Assembly (NCBI GenBank): GCA_963597545.1 | Contig: CAVBQN010000002.1 | Span: 35,897-99,896, forward strand | Direction: 5' to 3' | DNA: 64,000 bases | Source: Fusicatenibacter saccharivorans | GTDB lineage: Bacteria; Bacillota; Negativicutes; Veillonellales; Dialisteraceae | In this document: positions 20,762 through 30,346 of the stretch, piece after piece | How positions within the stretch are numbered: the stretch's first letter is position 1 | Layout of the letters: the number at the start of each line of letters is the position of its first letter | Made by a program: the position numbers and the translations under genes | Notes under the pieces: generated by a model | What the model was told of the DNA's origin: nothing | Databases searched by the model: none | What the model saw: the letters and a program-made list of their open reading frames with translations, nothing else

Positions 20762-21862
20762 TCACCAGAGGCTATTTTGATTTTCTTTATCCGCAAAGAT
20801 CATAGACAGATCTTCATCAGACAAATCATAATGCATGAAATCTTTATAAAAAGCCTTGGTATCTCTTCTCACATCAATATCTTTGAAAATTCCAGGTTGT
20901 AAGAGGGTGGCCAACCATTTCATCATGAGCGGTGTCTCTACCCCCGGTGCATCCCAACGGTATATACCCATCGGTACTTTATATACGTGATGATTCTGAA
21001 CTGCCTTCACGGTACTCCAATCCTGTCCAGGAATTCTATTTTCATATAAATCGTCCGGAATAAAGGTATCAAAATTACTCAGAAGAATAATATCCGGATT
21101 GATGCGATACACTTCTTCCATTGAAATATCTTTGTTGCTGTCTGAGTTTGCTTCCTGCTCAAATGGATTGGCACCACCGCCAATTTGAATGGCTTCGTGA
21201 ATAAAATTATTATTGCCTTGGAGACGCAGCTTGCTGTTTTTCAAAAACAGAATCGTTGGTTTATCTGCTTTTTCTACCTCTGCCTTGTGAGCTGTGATTT
21301 CACTATACGCATGATCATAGTACGCATTGAGCTGTTTTGCCCGATCCTCTTTTCCAAGCATCTGCCCAACAATGAGGAAGCTTTTTTTCAGGGTATCTAC
21401 ACTATCATTATTGATCATGACAGTAGGAATCCCGATTTGTTTCAGCTTATCGGCATCTTTTTCTTGATAAGACCAAAGCACAGCGCTGTCGATGCCTGCA
21501 TTCGCTAAACTTTCCGCATGGATAGAAAAATCCTGTCCAATCATTTTGGCATCCAGTTGACCAAAGTGACTGTCCATTTTTTCCAGGAAGTGTCCTTTAT
21601 AAGCTGACATAGCCCCTGGATGAATGGCACCCAATCGATCAGCATTACCATCCAAGGCATATACCACAGAAGCCCATGGAAGCGGTACAACAGCCATTTT
21701 CTTCACCGCTGGCATTTCCACCTGTCTCCCTGTAATATCCGTAATGGTGACCGTCTTTGCCGGTGTCACAGGCTGCTGATTCTCCGTACTTCCGCACCCT
21801 CCAAAAACAGCAATCGCTCCTGCTAACGCTGCAAAAAGTATAGCTTTCTGTATGTATTTCAT
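20762..21862 (-). CDS. periplasmic substrate-binding lipoprotein (cluster-8 FecB/BtuF-like)
   Basis: Lipobox AVFGGC after a signal peptide, 366 aa. Sits in an operon with the FecCD permease and ATPase. Confidence 0.8.
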   Translation of the reverse strand: MKYIQKAILFAALAGAIAVFGGCGSTENQQPVTPAKTVTITDITGRQVEMPAVKKMAVVPLPWASVVYALDGNADRLGAIHPGAMSAYKGHFLEKMDSHFGQLDAKMIGQDFSIHAESLANAGIDSAVLWSYQEKDADKLKQIGIPTVMINNDSVDTLKKSFLIVGQMLGKEDRAKQLNAYYDHAYSEITAHKAEVEKADKPTILFLKNSKLRLQGNNNFIHEAIQIGGGANPFEQEANSDSNKDISMEEVYRINPDIILLSNFDTFIPDDLYENRIPGQDWSTVKAVQNHHVYKVPMGIYRWDAPGVETPLMMKWLATLLQPGIFKDIDVRRDTKAFYKDFMHYDLSDEDLSMIFADKENQNSLW

Positions 21863-21929
21863 CGATATTCTCCTTTAACTCATATAGAAAATAAGCCAAC
21901 AACTCAGAAACCTCTTCATTTGAAAGCCA

Positions 21930-23471
21930 CTAACGACTAAACCCTGTCCTTCCTGAAATCAACCCCCAAGGCATAGAGACAGTTTTCTTTCCGTCAAAGA
22001 AAGGAAAGAGCCACGGATCACAATAGACAACATCTGCCCAATCTCGTTCTTTTACTAAATCAGACATATTTCGCAAAATATGGAAAGTATCTCCGCCAGG
22101 AGCACTTCGGATGAGCTTTTCCGATTCTTCCGACCAAGCCATGGAAGACAATCGAATCTGGGCATAGCCTTCGTGCCAAAGTGCATGAGCCACTCCCATA
22201 ATCTGCACCGGTTCTCCTATAAAAAGGATATGCTCCTCATACTTTTTAGGAATGTCCATCCGATGAATCTGTAATTTCCGTTCGCCTTTTCCGTCCCGCA
22301 AAAGTTCCTGCACCTGCTTCTTCCATGTGGACCAGGCATGATCTCCCAATGGACGAGATATGATACTGGGGGTTTGTAACCTTTCCTGCATCCACCTTGC
22401 GGCAGCAATCCCAGCGGTAGATACGACCCAATTCAGGACAGGAACGTTTCTTGCCGCTTGTTGTCCGTCAAAAATTACTTCATATCCAAGTTGGCGCAAG
22501 AAAGAAAATCCCTCTTCGAGGTCTGTCATAGGACCCGCTAAAAGCGGACTGTACCCCAAAATCTGCACCACTTTCTTCTTCTCTTTTAAAAGCCAATTCG
22601 CTTTACATCTGACCTGCTGCAATTCCGCCTGACTGACCCCATAGAGAGCATCATGAAATCCATCCGCTTCCCAATACACCGCCTGGTAGTCTTTCTCGCA
22701 AAGACTTTCTGCCACACTCTCGCCATCCATGCCTATAAATGATGGTACGGCCGTGCCAATGAGGGAAACTCCGGAAAGCTTCGTTTGCTTCAACAAAGCA
22801 TCTGTCTGTTTTTTCGTCGTATCTTCCATGCCAAAGACGAAATCACGGGTCACTACAGTCGGGTAGTACACGTGCTTCTGGTCTTCTGTCATATCACAAT
22901 CACTCATGCAGCTGCGACACCCTGCTGGTGTAACCAGTACATTCGCCCATCGATGACGCCGCATCCAATCAGAAATTCCGGCTCCATCAGATACTGGTGG
23001 CGGTAGTTGGCCTGATAATTGAACGATTGTACCGGTTTCTTTAGGAAAAGTACGCATAAAGGTATCCGCATCCAGGCGTTCTTTTTCTTCTTTCCCCAAA
23101 GGTCCCCGGTAAAAGCATTTTACAAGCACCCCCGTTTCCTTATATAAGTCATCTTCCAAATGATGGAAATCCAGCCGTACTAAAATATCCAGACAGGACA
23201 AGTAAAAAACTACCACCTGAACACCGGGCACAAGAGCGGCCTTTCTTAAGGCTTCTCGGATAATATCTTCAGCATTCCCCAGAATATAATCCGAATTTGT
23301 CAAACTGACATAACGAAATTGATGCAAAGTCCCCATTTCTTGCGCTAAGATATATAACTCCCGAATACAGGGAATGGAACCTGCCGCTACCACCATGACA
23401 TCTTTACGCTTCCAAAATCTCGTCATGGCAAATTCTGCTTTAGAGCGTTTTTCAGCTTGAATCGTCTTCAA
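21930..23471 (-). CDS. nitrogenase component-1-like (NifD/K/E/N-fold) oxidoreductase-family protein, function unknown
   Basis: 513 aa. Two Rossmann-like halves, with a Cys after a beta-strand (VVAAGSIPC, VVVFYLSCLDILVRLD) resembling the xTCxxexIGDD pattern of the Oxidored_nitro family. Assignment is from motif memory only. Apparent TTG start. It is the first gene of the ABC-importer operon. Confidence 0.4.
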   Translation of the reverse strand: MKTIQAEKRSKAEFAMTRFWKRKDVMVVAAGSIPCIRELYILAQEMGTLHQFRYVSLTNSDYILGNAEDIIREALRKAALVPGVQVVVFYLSCLDILVRLDFHHLEDDLYKETGVLVKCFYRGPLGKEEKERLDADTFMRTFPKETGTIVQLSGQLPPPVSDGAGISDWMRRHRWANVLVTPAGCRSCMSDCDMTEDQKHVYYPTVVTRDFVFGMEDTTKKQTDALLKQTKLSGVSLIGTAVPSFIGMDGESVAESLCEKDYQAVYWEADGFHDALYGVSQAELQQVRCKANWLLKEKKKVVQILGYSPLLAGPMTDLEEGFSFLRQLGYEVIFDGQQAARNVPVLNWVVSTAGIAAARWMQERLQTPSIISRPLGDHAWSTWKKQVQELLRDGKGERKLQIHRMDIPKKYEEHILFIGEPVQIMGVAHALWHEGYAQIRLSSMAWSEESEKLIRSAPGGDTFHILRNMSDLVKERDWADVVYCDPWLFPFFDGKKTVSMPWGLISGRTGFSR

Positions 23472-23663
23472 AGTAACTTCTCTCCGTTCGTTTTATTTTT
23501 CTGCTTTAATTATCCCACATATCACCCACATACCGCTTATACTATTTTAATGAAAAGATTTCATGCTATCAAATTGAAGAATTGAAAGAATTGATTCAAA
23601 ATAATTGAACAATGATTAAAGGCTGATCTTGAATCATTGTAATCTGAGCCATCTTACATCCGA

Positions 23664-24554
23664 TCAAAGACAATGTCCCTTCAATATATCCAGAAACAAT
23701 TTGATCGCTGGGCTGATCCATTTATTTTTCCGATATCCATAAGCAGAAGAAATGGGAGCTGCCTTCATATCCGTTTCCAGTTCCACCAGCTCCCCCGTTT
23801 GGAGCTCCTTCTCCACCACAAATCTAGGCAAATAACAAATCCCCACATCATTCTTTGCCAAATTGATAATCGTCTGGGTACTGCGGATTTCAATCATATT
23901 TCCTAAATGAATATCTTTCTCCTCCAAATAAGCATTAAATTTTCGTCCCAGAGAACCCGGCATTGGCTGTACAATGGCAGATAACAGGGGAAAATCTTGA
24001 TGAGATGTAATAAAATCACTATACGTTCGTTTTATCCGAGGTGAACCAAAGAGAACCAGTGGATAGGTCCCTCCCTTCTCCCACACGAGGCTGTCATCCA
24101 CATCCTGTTCATTCAAGTAGAAGGCCCCTATATCGATCTGGTCATCTTTTAATGCCTCCTGCACATTTCGACTATTCATAGAGCGTAAGTACAGATGAAC
24201 TCTAGGAGCTCGCTGATGGAAAACCTTCAAAATCTGCGGAAAACGAAAGCATAATAGCGATTCCGGTGCTCCCAGTCGAAGCGTTCCTTTACACTCTGCC
24301 AAGTCGGACTGAAAATTTTTCATCTTATCCAGTGCAGATAAAACTTCTTCTACATAAGGAATAAACTCTTCTCCCGCCTTTGTCAGTACCATGCGTCGTC
24401 CCACTTTTTCAAAGAGCATGGTATCCAGCTCCTTTTCAAGCTGATCCATATGAAAGGTAATTGTCGATTGGGTATAAGATAACTTTCTAGCTGCCCCAGA
24501 AAAACTCCCCTCACGTACAATCTCCTTAAAGGTTTGTAAATACCGCAAATCCAT
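23664..24554 (-). CDS. LysR-family transcriptional regulator
   Basis: N-terminal HTH MDLRYLQTFKEIVREGSFSGAARKLSYTQSTITFHMDQLE with a LysR substrate-binding-type C-terminus. ATG at 24554 has GGAGGGAG upstream. Confidence 0.9.
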   Translation of the reverse strand: MDLRYLQTFKEIVREGSFSGAARKLSYTQSTITFHMDQLEKELDTMLFEKVGRRMVLTKAGEEFIPYVEEVLSALDKMKNFQSDLAECKGTLRLGAPESLLCFRFPQILKVFHQRAPRVHLYLRSMNSRNVQEALKDDQIDIGAFYLNEQDVDDSLVWEKGGTYPLVLFGSPRIKRTYSDFITSHQDFPLLSAIVQPMPGSLGRKFNAYLEEKDIHLGNMIEIRSTQTIINLAKNDVGICYLPRFVVEKELQTGELVELETDMKAAPISSAYGYRKNKWISPAIKLFLDILKGHCL

Positions 24555-24650
24555 AAGCTCCCTCCGCTTCTTATAAAGAATGAGATCCATTTTAATCAAT
24601 TGTATCACATTCGCTGTAATGATCTAATGTTTTCTTTTTGAGCATTAAAA

Positions 24651-24698
24651 ATCCCCCTAAAGCAGTTTGGTTATTTACCTTGTCTGCTTTAGGGGGAT
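24651..24698 (-). terminator. terminator after thrB (one copy of a repeated hairpin)
   Basis: ATCCCCCTAAAGCAG...CTGCTTTAGGGGGAT stem, followed on the minus strand by TTTTTAAT. An almost identical copy lies at 45321-45368. Confidence 0.75.
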
Positions 24699-24737
24699 CA
24701 TATCAACTTCGCATGGAGTTTTTTGTGATGTATTGTA

Positions 24738-25664
24738 TTACACGGCCATGATGCCATTTTGATCGAAGTCGAGCACGAGGTAGCGCGCCGTCATCTTGGC
24801 GGAGCGGAATCCATCGACCATGGCTTCACCGACCATGTGCGCTTTCTCCGCCGGAGCGAAGGCGATGATGGTCGGGCCGGAGCCGCTGATGGTCGCTCCG
24901 TAGGCGCCGGAATACATGGCATTTGCAATGACCTGACGGGAGCCCGGGATGAGATCCAGACGATACGGGACATGGATGCAGTCGTCAAGGCCGAATTTCA
25001 AATACTCGGGCTTCTGATACATGAAGGCAGCCATCAGGAAGGAAACGGCACCGATATTATGCACGGCATCACTTCTGCTGTATGTCTTCGGAAGCACGGC
25101 TCTGGCTTTTTCCGTGTGAAGCTCGAAGTCCGGGATCGTGACGACTGCTTTCCAGTGGGACGGTATGTCGATGCTTTCCGCCGTGACATGACCATCCTTC
25201 AGAAGTGCCATGCAGAAGCCACCTAAGATCGCAGGCGCCGCATTGTCGGGATGCCCTTCCATCTCCGCGGTGATATTCAGGATCTCTTTCCTGTCGAATG
25301 GCTCACCCATCAGCAGGTTGGCGAGGAATACGCCGGAAGCAAGTGCCGCCGAGCTGCTGCCGAGGCCTCTGGCAAAGGGGATGCGGTTGATGAGGTACAT
25401 GCTGCCGCCGGGGATCTTTTTCCCTGCCTTTTGGGCCGTTTCCGCCATCGCCTGAATGATCATGTTGTCCATTCCGGAAGGGATCTGGTCTGCGCCTTCC
25501 CCTTCTGCGCGGATCACGGTATCCTTGAGCTCTCGTCCTTCCTCGGGGACGAACTGGACGACATTATAAAGGCCGAGTGACATGCCAAGGGTGTCGAAGC
25601 CGCTTCCGATATTCGCCGTGGTGGCCGGTACACGGACGATGTATGTCTTATTCTCTGTCATCAT
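24738..25664 (-). CDS. thrB: homoserine kinase
   Basis: PATTANIGSGFD and GHMP motif GLGSSSA. Overlaps the hom stop. Confidence 0.93.
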   Translation of the reverse strand: MMTENKTYIVRVPATTANIGSGFDTLGMSLGLYNVVQFVPEEGRELKDTVIRAEGEGADQIPSGMDNMIIQAMAETAQKAGKKIPGGSMYLINRIPFARGLGSSSAALASGVFLANLLMGEPFDRKEILNITAEMEGHPDNAAPAILGGFCMALLKDGHVTAESIDIPSHWKAVVTIPDFELHTEKARAVLPKTYSRSDAVHNIGAVSFLMAAFMYQKPEYLKFGLDDCIHVPYRLDLIPGSRQVIANAMYSGAYGATISGSGPTIIAFAPAEKAHMVGEAMVDGFRSAKMTARYLVLDFDQNGIMAV

Positions 25665-26949
25665 TCATGACCCTCACAATATTCGCGACCTGGCGCATGC
25701 AGGGCAGGACCTGCAGGGCTTTTTCGACTTGAATGATATTTTCGCGAGGTGTATCCTGCGTGATGATCATCAGTTCTGCTGCGTCCTCGAAGCGGCTCTT
25801 CTGCACGACTTCCTTGATGCTGATGTCATGGTCGGCATAGGCAGAAGCGATCTGGGAGAGGACGCCCGTCACATCGTCGACGATCAAGCGGAAGTAGTAG
25901 GAGTTCTTCAGCTTCAGGGAAGAGTAGAATGGGATGCGCTTGGTTTCCGTCAGCATCATGCCGGTGCCGGTGGAGCCATTCATGATGTGTTTCGCGGTGG
26001 AGATCACATCTGCCATGACCGCACTGGCCGTCGGGAGCGAGCCGGCGCCTCGTCCGTAAAACATGACGTCATCGACGATATTGCCGGTGACATAGATCGC
26101 ATTGTAGGAGCCCTTGACGGAAGCGAGCGGATGGGTACGCGGTACGAAGGCCGGATAGACATTGAGCGCGATGCCATTGTCCTGACGGGTACCGACAGCG
26201 AGCAGCTTGATGGCATAGCCCATCTCACTCGCATACTGTACGTCCTTCTGGGAGATCTTCTCGATGCCTTCGACGAGTACGTCATCAAAAGTGACGTTCG
26301 CACGGAAGCCGATGGAGGCGAGGATCGCGAGCTTTCTGGCTGCGTCGTAGCCGCAGACGTCATTGGTCGGGTCGGCCTCTGCAAAGCCCTTCTTCTGCGC
26401 CACGCGAAGAGCATCCGAGTAGCTGACGCCTTCTTCGTCCATACTGGAAAGAATGAAATTCGTCGTCCCGTTCACGATGCCTATGATGCTTTCGATCTCA
26501 TTCGCCGCCAGGGAATCGTGCAGCGGACGAAGGATCGGGATACCGCCACCGACACTGGCTTCGCAGGAGAAATTCACATGATTCTCCATCGCGGTATGCA
26601 TGATCTCCGGTCCAAAGAGCGCCACGACATCCTTATTGGCACTGACGACGCTCTTTTTGTGATTGAGTGCCTCAAAGATATACTCCTTGGCCGGATGGAT
26701 GCCTCCCATGACTTCGACTACGATGCCGATATCGGGGTCGGCCATGATCTCTTCAAAAGAAGATGTCAGATAAACACCTTCCAAGAGAGGTATATTCTTG
26801 TACTTGTCCGGATGACGCACCAGTACATGGGTAATTTCCAGCTGACAGCCCAGCTGTTCTGCCATCATCTGGCTGTTTCTTTTGATGGTTTCAGCGACGC
26901 CGCTTCCGACGGTGCCGAAGCCAAGGAGTGCAATATTGATTGTTTTCAT
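25648..26949 (-). CDS. hom: homoserine dehydrogenase
   Basis: NIALLGFGTVGSGV NAD motif, catalytic domain and C-terminal ACT domain, 433 aa. Confidence 0.94.
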   Translation of the reverse strand: MKTINIALLGFGTVGSGVAETIKRNSQMMAEQLGCQLEITHVLVRHPDKYKNIPLLEGVYLTSSFEEIMADPDIGIVVEVMGGIHPAKEYIFEALNHKKSVVSANKDVVALFGPEIMHTAMENHVNFSCEASVGGGIPILRPLHDSLAANEIESIIGIVNGTTNFILSSMDEEGVSYSDALRVAQKKGFAEADPTNDVCGYDAARKLAILASIGFRANVTFDDVLVEGIEKISQKDVQYASEMGYAIKLLAVGTRQDNGIALNVYPAFVPRTHPLASVKGSYNAIYVTGNIVDDVMFYGRGAGSLPTASAVMADVISTAKHIMNGSTGTGMMLTETKRIPFYSSLKLKNSYYFRLIVDDVTGVLSQIASAYADHDISIKEVVQKSRFEDAAELMIITQDTPRENIIQVEKALQVLPCMRQVANIVRVMNDDRE

Positions 26950-27063
26950 AAAATCTCCTCCTGATCAAGGATGCATTGAAAAGCGGGGAATGAGGGCGTC
27001 TCACGGATCGGTTTTGCGCAGACGCAAAACGCGATCCCAGTCACTATCTGCCAGCTATCTTCC

Positions 27064-27522
27064 CTATTCTCCTGCTTTCAGCATGGCTTCCTGAAGAACA
27101 ACGGACTGAATTCCTTTCATGGACTTGACTGCATCTTCCAGAACCGATAACGGTTCCGATGCATCTTCTATCTGCAAAGTCATGGTGACAGAGACGAGCT
27201 TCTCCCCCGCCCGGCTGCGGTTCATGGAAAGGATCTCGAAATTTCCTTTCATGACGCGTCGCATGAGGCGGGCAAAGTGAGGATACTCCTCCGTCATGAC
27301 TGTGGACAGCATGGCGATCCTGAGCGCCCGGCTCCGGGCTGACGCTACATGATCTTTATATTTATAATAAGCACTGCGGCTCATATCGACTTTTTTGACA
27401 GCTTCATTGATGGATCCGCAGATCCCGTCATTCAGCAGCTCTTTCACTTTGATCGTTTTCTTGATGGCTTCCGGAAGTACCTTCAGATCCACCAGGTAAA
27501 ATTCTTCTTTTCCTTTTTTCAT
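27064..27522 (-). CDS. ACT domain-containing protein (UPF0735-like)
   Basis: 152 aa with an N-terminal helical region and a C-terminal ACT-like fold. Its position upstream of hom-thrB is as in many Firmicutes. Confidence 0.65.
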   Translation of the reverse strand: MKKGKEEFYLVDLKVLPEAIKKTIKVKELLNDGICGSINEAVKKVDMSRSAYYKYKDHVASARSRALRIAMLSTVMTEEYPHFARLMRRVMKGNFEILSMNRSRAGEKLVSVTMTLQIEDASEPLSVLEDAVKSMKGIQSVVLQEAMLKAGE

Positions 27523-27585
27523 AATGAACCGTATGACAGAAAGGCATGGGGCGTGTCACAGATGGCCTGCTTCCCGCCCGTTCCC

Positions 27586-28377
27586 CTATTCTATAAAATG
27601 AAATAAAATCACCGCAGCAGCCACGGAGACATTGAGTGACTCGACCGTGCCCGCAAGCGGAATATATAAATTCATATCGGTCATCGCGAGGAGCTCCTCG
27701 CGGATGCCGTTTCCTTCATTGCCAAAAACGAAGATCCCTTTCCGGATCTCTCCCACCGTTTTGTAGGGGACGGCATGCGAAAGGGCTGTCCCGTAGAGCG
27801 CAAGACCGCTCTTTTCTCGGATCAGGGAGATCTGATCCACTGTCAGATCTTCATAGACAGGGACGCGCAGGATGCTTCCCATGGAGCTTCGCACCGCTTT
27901 TTCCGCAAAGGGATCAGTGCATCCTTTCGTAAGAAGGACTGCCTTGACGCCGGCTGCCGCCGCACTTCGAAGGATCGTCCCCATATTGCCGGGGTCCTGC
28001 ACCGCATCCAGTAATACGTAGTATCCCTCGAGCGGGTGCATCAGTTCTTCAATGTCTCTTTTTTCCTTAGAAGCCAAGAGCATGATGCCCTGTCCGTGCT
28101 GTGTGCCGGAGATGAGCTTCATGAGTCCCTCATCGAGTTTGAGAAAGCGCCAGGAAAGTGCTTCTCCCTCTTTCATGAGTGCCTTGAAGCGTTCATTCTC
28201 CAGCTGGTTTTCTGTGAAAAAACAGGTACATGCTTTCATGCCCTGACGGAGAGCATCCTCGACGCTGCGAAGACCTTCCATCAGGAACATGCCATAGGCC
28301 TGCCGGTATTTTCTCTGCTTCAGCTGCAGTGCTTTTTTGATCCACTGGTTGCTGCGGCTCCTTATTTCTTCGATCAT
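27586..28377 (-). CDS. TrmH/SpoU-family RNA 2'-O-methyltransferase
   Basis: SpoU motifs FGNEGNGI and IPLAGTVESLNVSVAAAV. ATG at 28377 (GGAGG 5 nt upstream) chosen over the ORF-track start at 28437. Confidence 0.88.
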   Translation of the reverse strand: MIEEIRSRSNQWIKKALQLKQRKYRQAYGMFLMEGLRSVEDALRQGMKACTCFFTENQLENERFKALMKEGEALSWRFLKLDEGLMKLISGTQHGQGIMLLASKEKRDIEELMHPLEGYYVLLDAVQDPGNMGTILRSAAAAGVKAVLLTKGCTDPFAEKAVRSSMGSILRVPVYEDLTVDQISLIREKSGLALYGTALSHAVPYKTVGEIRKGIFVFGNEGNGIREELLAMTDMNLYIPLAGTVESLNVSVAAAVILFHFIE

Positions 28378-28437
28378 CCTGTCCTCCAAAGCATCATGCC
28401 CTATCGGCGATACCATCCATAAAATCTGTGCGTGCAT

Positions 28438-28519
28438 AGGTTGAGAGATTCTATAGGTGCAATGAGGTTCATAGGGAAGGAGGGCGTACTATCCAAGCTC
28501 CCCCTGAACCCGCTAAGCC
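28438..28519. repeat. partial AGGTTC-type periodic module in the gmhB-trmH spacer
   Basis: aggttgagagattctataggtgcaatgaggttcatagggaagg resembles 43007-43046. CCCCTGAACCC lies at 28500. Confidence 0.4.
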
Positions 28520-28546
28520 TGACAGTTTTCTTCCCTGGCCATGGAC

Positions 28547-29074
28547 TCATCCGATGGTGAAATGTCCTGCCAGCTTCTCCCGCACGAATGCTTCTATATT
28601 GCCGCCCGGGAAAAGGAATCCGCGGATGCCCGCATTCTCTGCGGCTTCGACATCGCGTTTTCCATCCCCGAAAAGGACCGCTCGGTCTTTGTCTATGCCG
28701 TATGCATCAAGCGCGCGAAGGATCATCCCCGGCGCCGGCTTGCGGCAGCTGCATACCTGATCATAGGCGGGAAGGGGCGCACCGAGAAGGTGCGGACAGT
28801 AGAAAAACTCTGTGATATGCCCGCCCCATTTTTGAAATTCTTCATTCATTTCCCGATGGAGCTGTCGAACCGTTTCTTCGGTGAAATAGCCGCGTGCCAC
28901 ACCGCTCTGGTTCGTCACGACAAAGAGAAGAAAGCCGGCCTTGGTGAGCTCGGCTACGATCTCCCTTGCGCCTTTCACCCAGCGCAGCTTCCTCATCTGA
29001 TGCACATAGCCATCATCTTCATTGAGGACGCCGTCGCGGTCAAAAAAGACCGCTTTTCTTCTGGTGTCCATCAT
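28547..29074 (-). CDS. gmhB: D-glycero-beta-D-manno-heptose-1,7-bisphosphate 7-phosphatase (HAD-IIIA)
   Basis: FFDRDGVLN (DxD motif) and [11 protein letters not shown]. Overlaps the gmhA stop. LPS-heptose context. Confidence 0.85.
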   Translation of the reverse strand: MMDTRRKAVFFDRDGVLNEDDGYVHQMRKLRWVKGAREIVAELTKAGFLLFVVTNQSGVARGYFTEETVRQLHREMNEEFQKWGGHITEFFYCPHLLGAPLPAYDQVCSCRKPAPGMILRALDAYGIDKDRAVLFGDGKRDVEAAENAGIRGFLFPGGNIEAFVREKLAGHFTIG

Positions 29075-29640
29075 TTCGTCCAGTCCATCTCATCGATGAT
29101 CTGGCAGATGATATGCGCCGCGAGCATGTGGATCTCCTGAATGCGGGCGGTGACATCGTCGGGTACCACCAAAGAGGCATCGCACCAGAGTACCATGGCT
29201 CCGCCGGTCTTCCCGGTCGAGCCAATGGTCGTCAGCCCTTTTTCTCTCGCTATTTTCAGCGCTTCAAGCACATCCGGACTGTTTCCGCTGGTAGAGATCC
29301 CCCAGAGGACGTCCCCCGGCTCTCCGAGTCCTTCGACCTGACGGGAAAATATACGGTCAAAGCTGTAGTCATTCCCGACCGCGGTCAGGATCGAGGTATC
29401 TGTCGTGAGAGCGATGGCAGGAAGAGAGCGGCGCTCGTTATGAAATCGCCCGACAAATTCCGCAGCGATGTGCTGCGCGTCTGCAGCGCTGCCTCCATTG
29501 CCGCAGATGAGGATCTTGTGACCGGAGCGCAGGGCTTTTTCGCAGATCTTCGCCATATCTTCGATGACAGGATAGAGAGCGCGGCTCTTTTCAAGTGCTT
29601 TCTGATGGTCATCGAAGCATTTTTCTATGAGTGCTCTCAT
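29071..29640 (-). CDS. gmhA: phosphoheptose isomerase (SIS domain)
   Basis: [20 protein letters not shown] motif, 189 aa. Confidence 0.9.
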   Translation of the reverse strand: MRALIEKCFDDHQKALEKSRALYPVIEDMAKICEKALRSGHKILICGNGGSAADAQHIAAEFVGRFHNERRSLPAIALTTDTSILTAVGNDYSFDRIFSRQVEGLGEPGDVLWGISTSGNSPDVLEALKIAREKGLTTIGSTGKTGGAMVLWCDASLVVPDDVTARIQEIHMLAAHIICQIIDEMDWTK

Positions 29641-30131
29641 TTCTTTTCCTCACCCTGAGCGGCCTTAGACGAAGGCTGCTGATTGGTCATCAGATTCTGA
29701 AGCTCCTGCATGAATGTATTGATATCCTTGAATTCGCGATATACGGAAGCAAAACGGACATATGCGACCTGATCGAGCTTACAGAGCGCATCCATCACGA
29801 TGTTGCCGATCTCCGTGGTCGGAAGCTCACGCTTCGGATCGTTGCGGATCGTATGTTCCACCAGATCGATGATCTCTTCGATCTGGGCAGAGGATACATT
29901 CGTCTTTTCACAGGCTCTGGTGATACCGTTACGGATCTTGGATCTATCGAAAAGCTCACGCTTGCCATTCTTCTTGATGACACGAAGCGGCAGTTTTTCT
30001 ACGGTCTCATACGTCGTGAAACGGCGTCCGCAAGAGAGGCACTGACGGCGGCGGCGAATGGCTGCGCCTTCATCCGTATCTCTGGAGTCTGTCACTTTCG
30101 TATCTCTGCTTTTACAGAATGGGCATTTCAT
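29637..30131 (-). CDS. nrdR: transcriptional repressor NrdR
   Basis: Zinc ribbon MKCPFCKS...[12 protein letters not shown] followed by an ATP-cone. Confidence 0.95.
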   Translation of the reverse strand: MKCPFCKSRDTKVTDSRDTDEGAAIRRRRQCLSCGRRFTTYETVEKLPLRVIKKNGKRELFDRSKIRNGITRACEKTNVSSAQIEEIIDLVEHTIRNDPKRELPTTEIGNIVMDALCKLDQVAYVRFASVYREFKDINTFMQELQNLMTNQQPSSKAAQGEEKK

Positions 30132-30173
30132 ATCGAATTCTCCTTCTTAGAGTTAACAAAAAGCAAAATCAAT

Positions 30174-30205
30174 AAAAGCCACACTGCATATGCGGTGTGG
30201 CTTTT
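30174..30205 (-). terminator. terminator after ftsZ
   Basis: AAAAGCCACAC-tgcatatgcg-GTGTGGCTTTT. Confidence 0.8.
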
Positions 30206-30346
30206 CAGACAGGTAGAAAGAGCCGGTCTGTCTCCGGTCAGGAGAATACGGATGCGATCATGGTCCGCATCCTCCCTCTCTGTTCCATATGGTGTCGCAT
30301 CAGAAAGAGAGTCATCCATGAGAGCAGTCAGTCGGCGTATTTTCCC

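Noticed and set aside
23472-23663. A cobalamin riboswitch upstream of the TonB/ABC importer operon.
   Set aside because: No B12-box-like sequence or GC-rich multi-stem core is present. The region is AT-rich with direct and inverted repeats more typical of protein operators.
16371-24706. Calling the low-GC island a mobile element (ICE, transposon or prophage).
   Set aside because: There is no integrase, transposase, relaxase or phage gene, and no terminal inverted repeats. Only the 18-bp direct repeat and the compositional shift support horizontal origin, so it is reported as a finding and not as a mobile_element feature.
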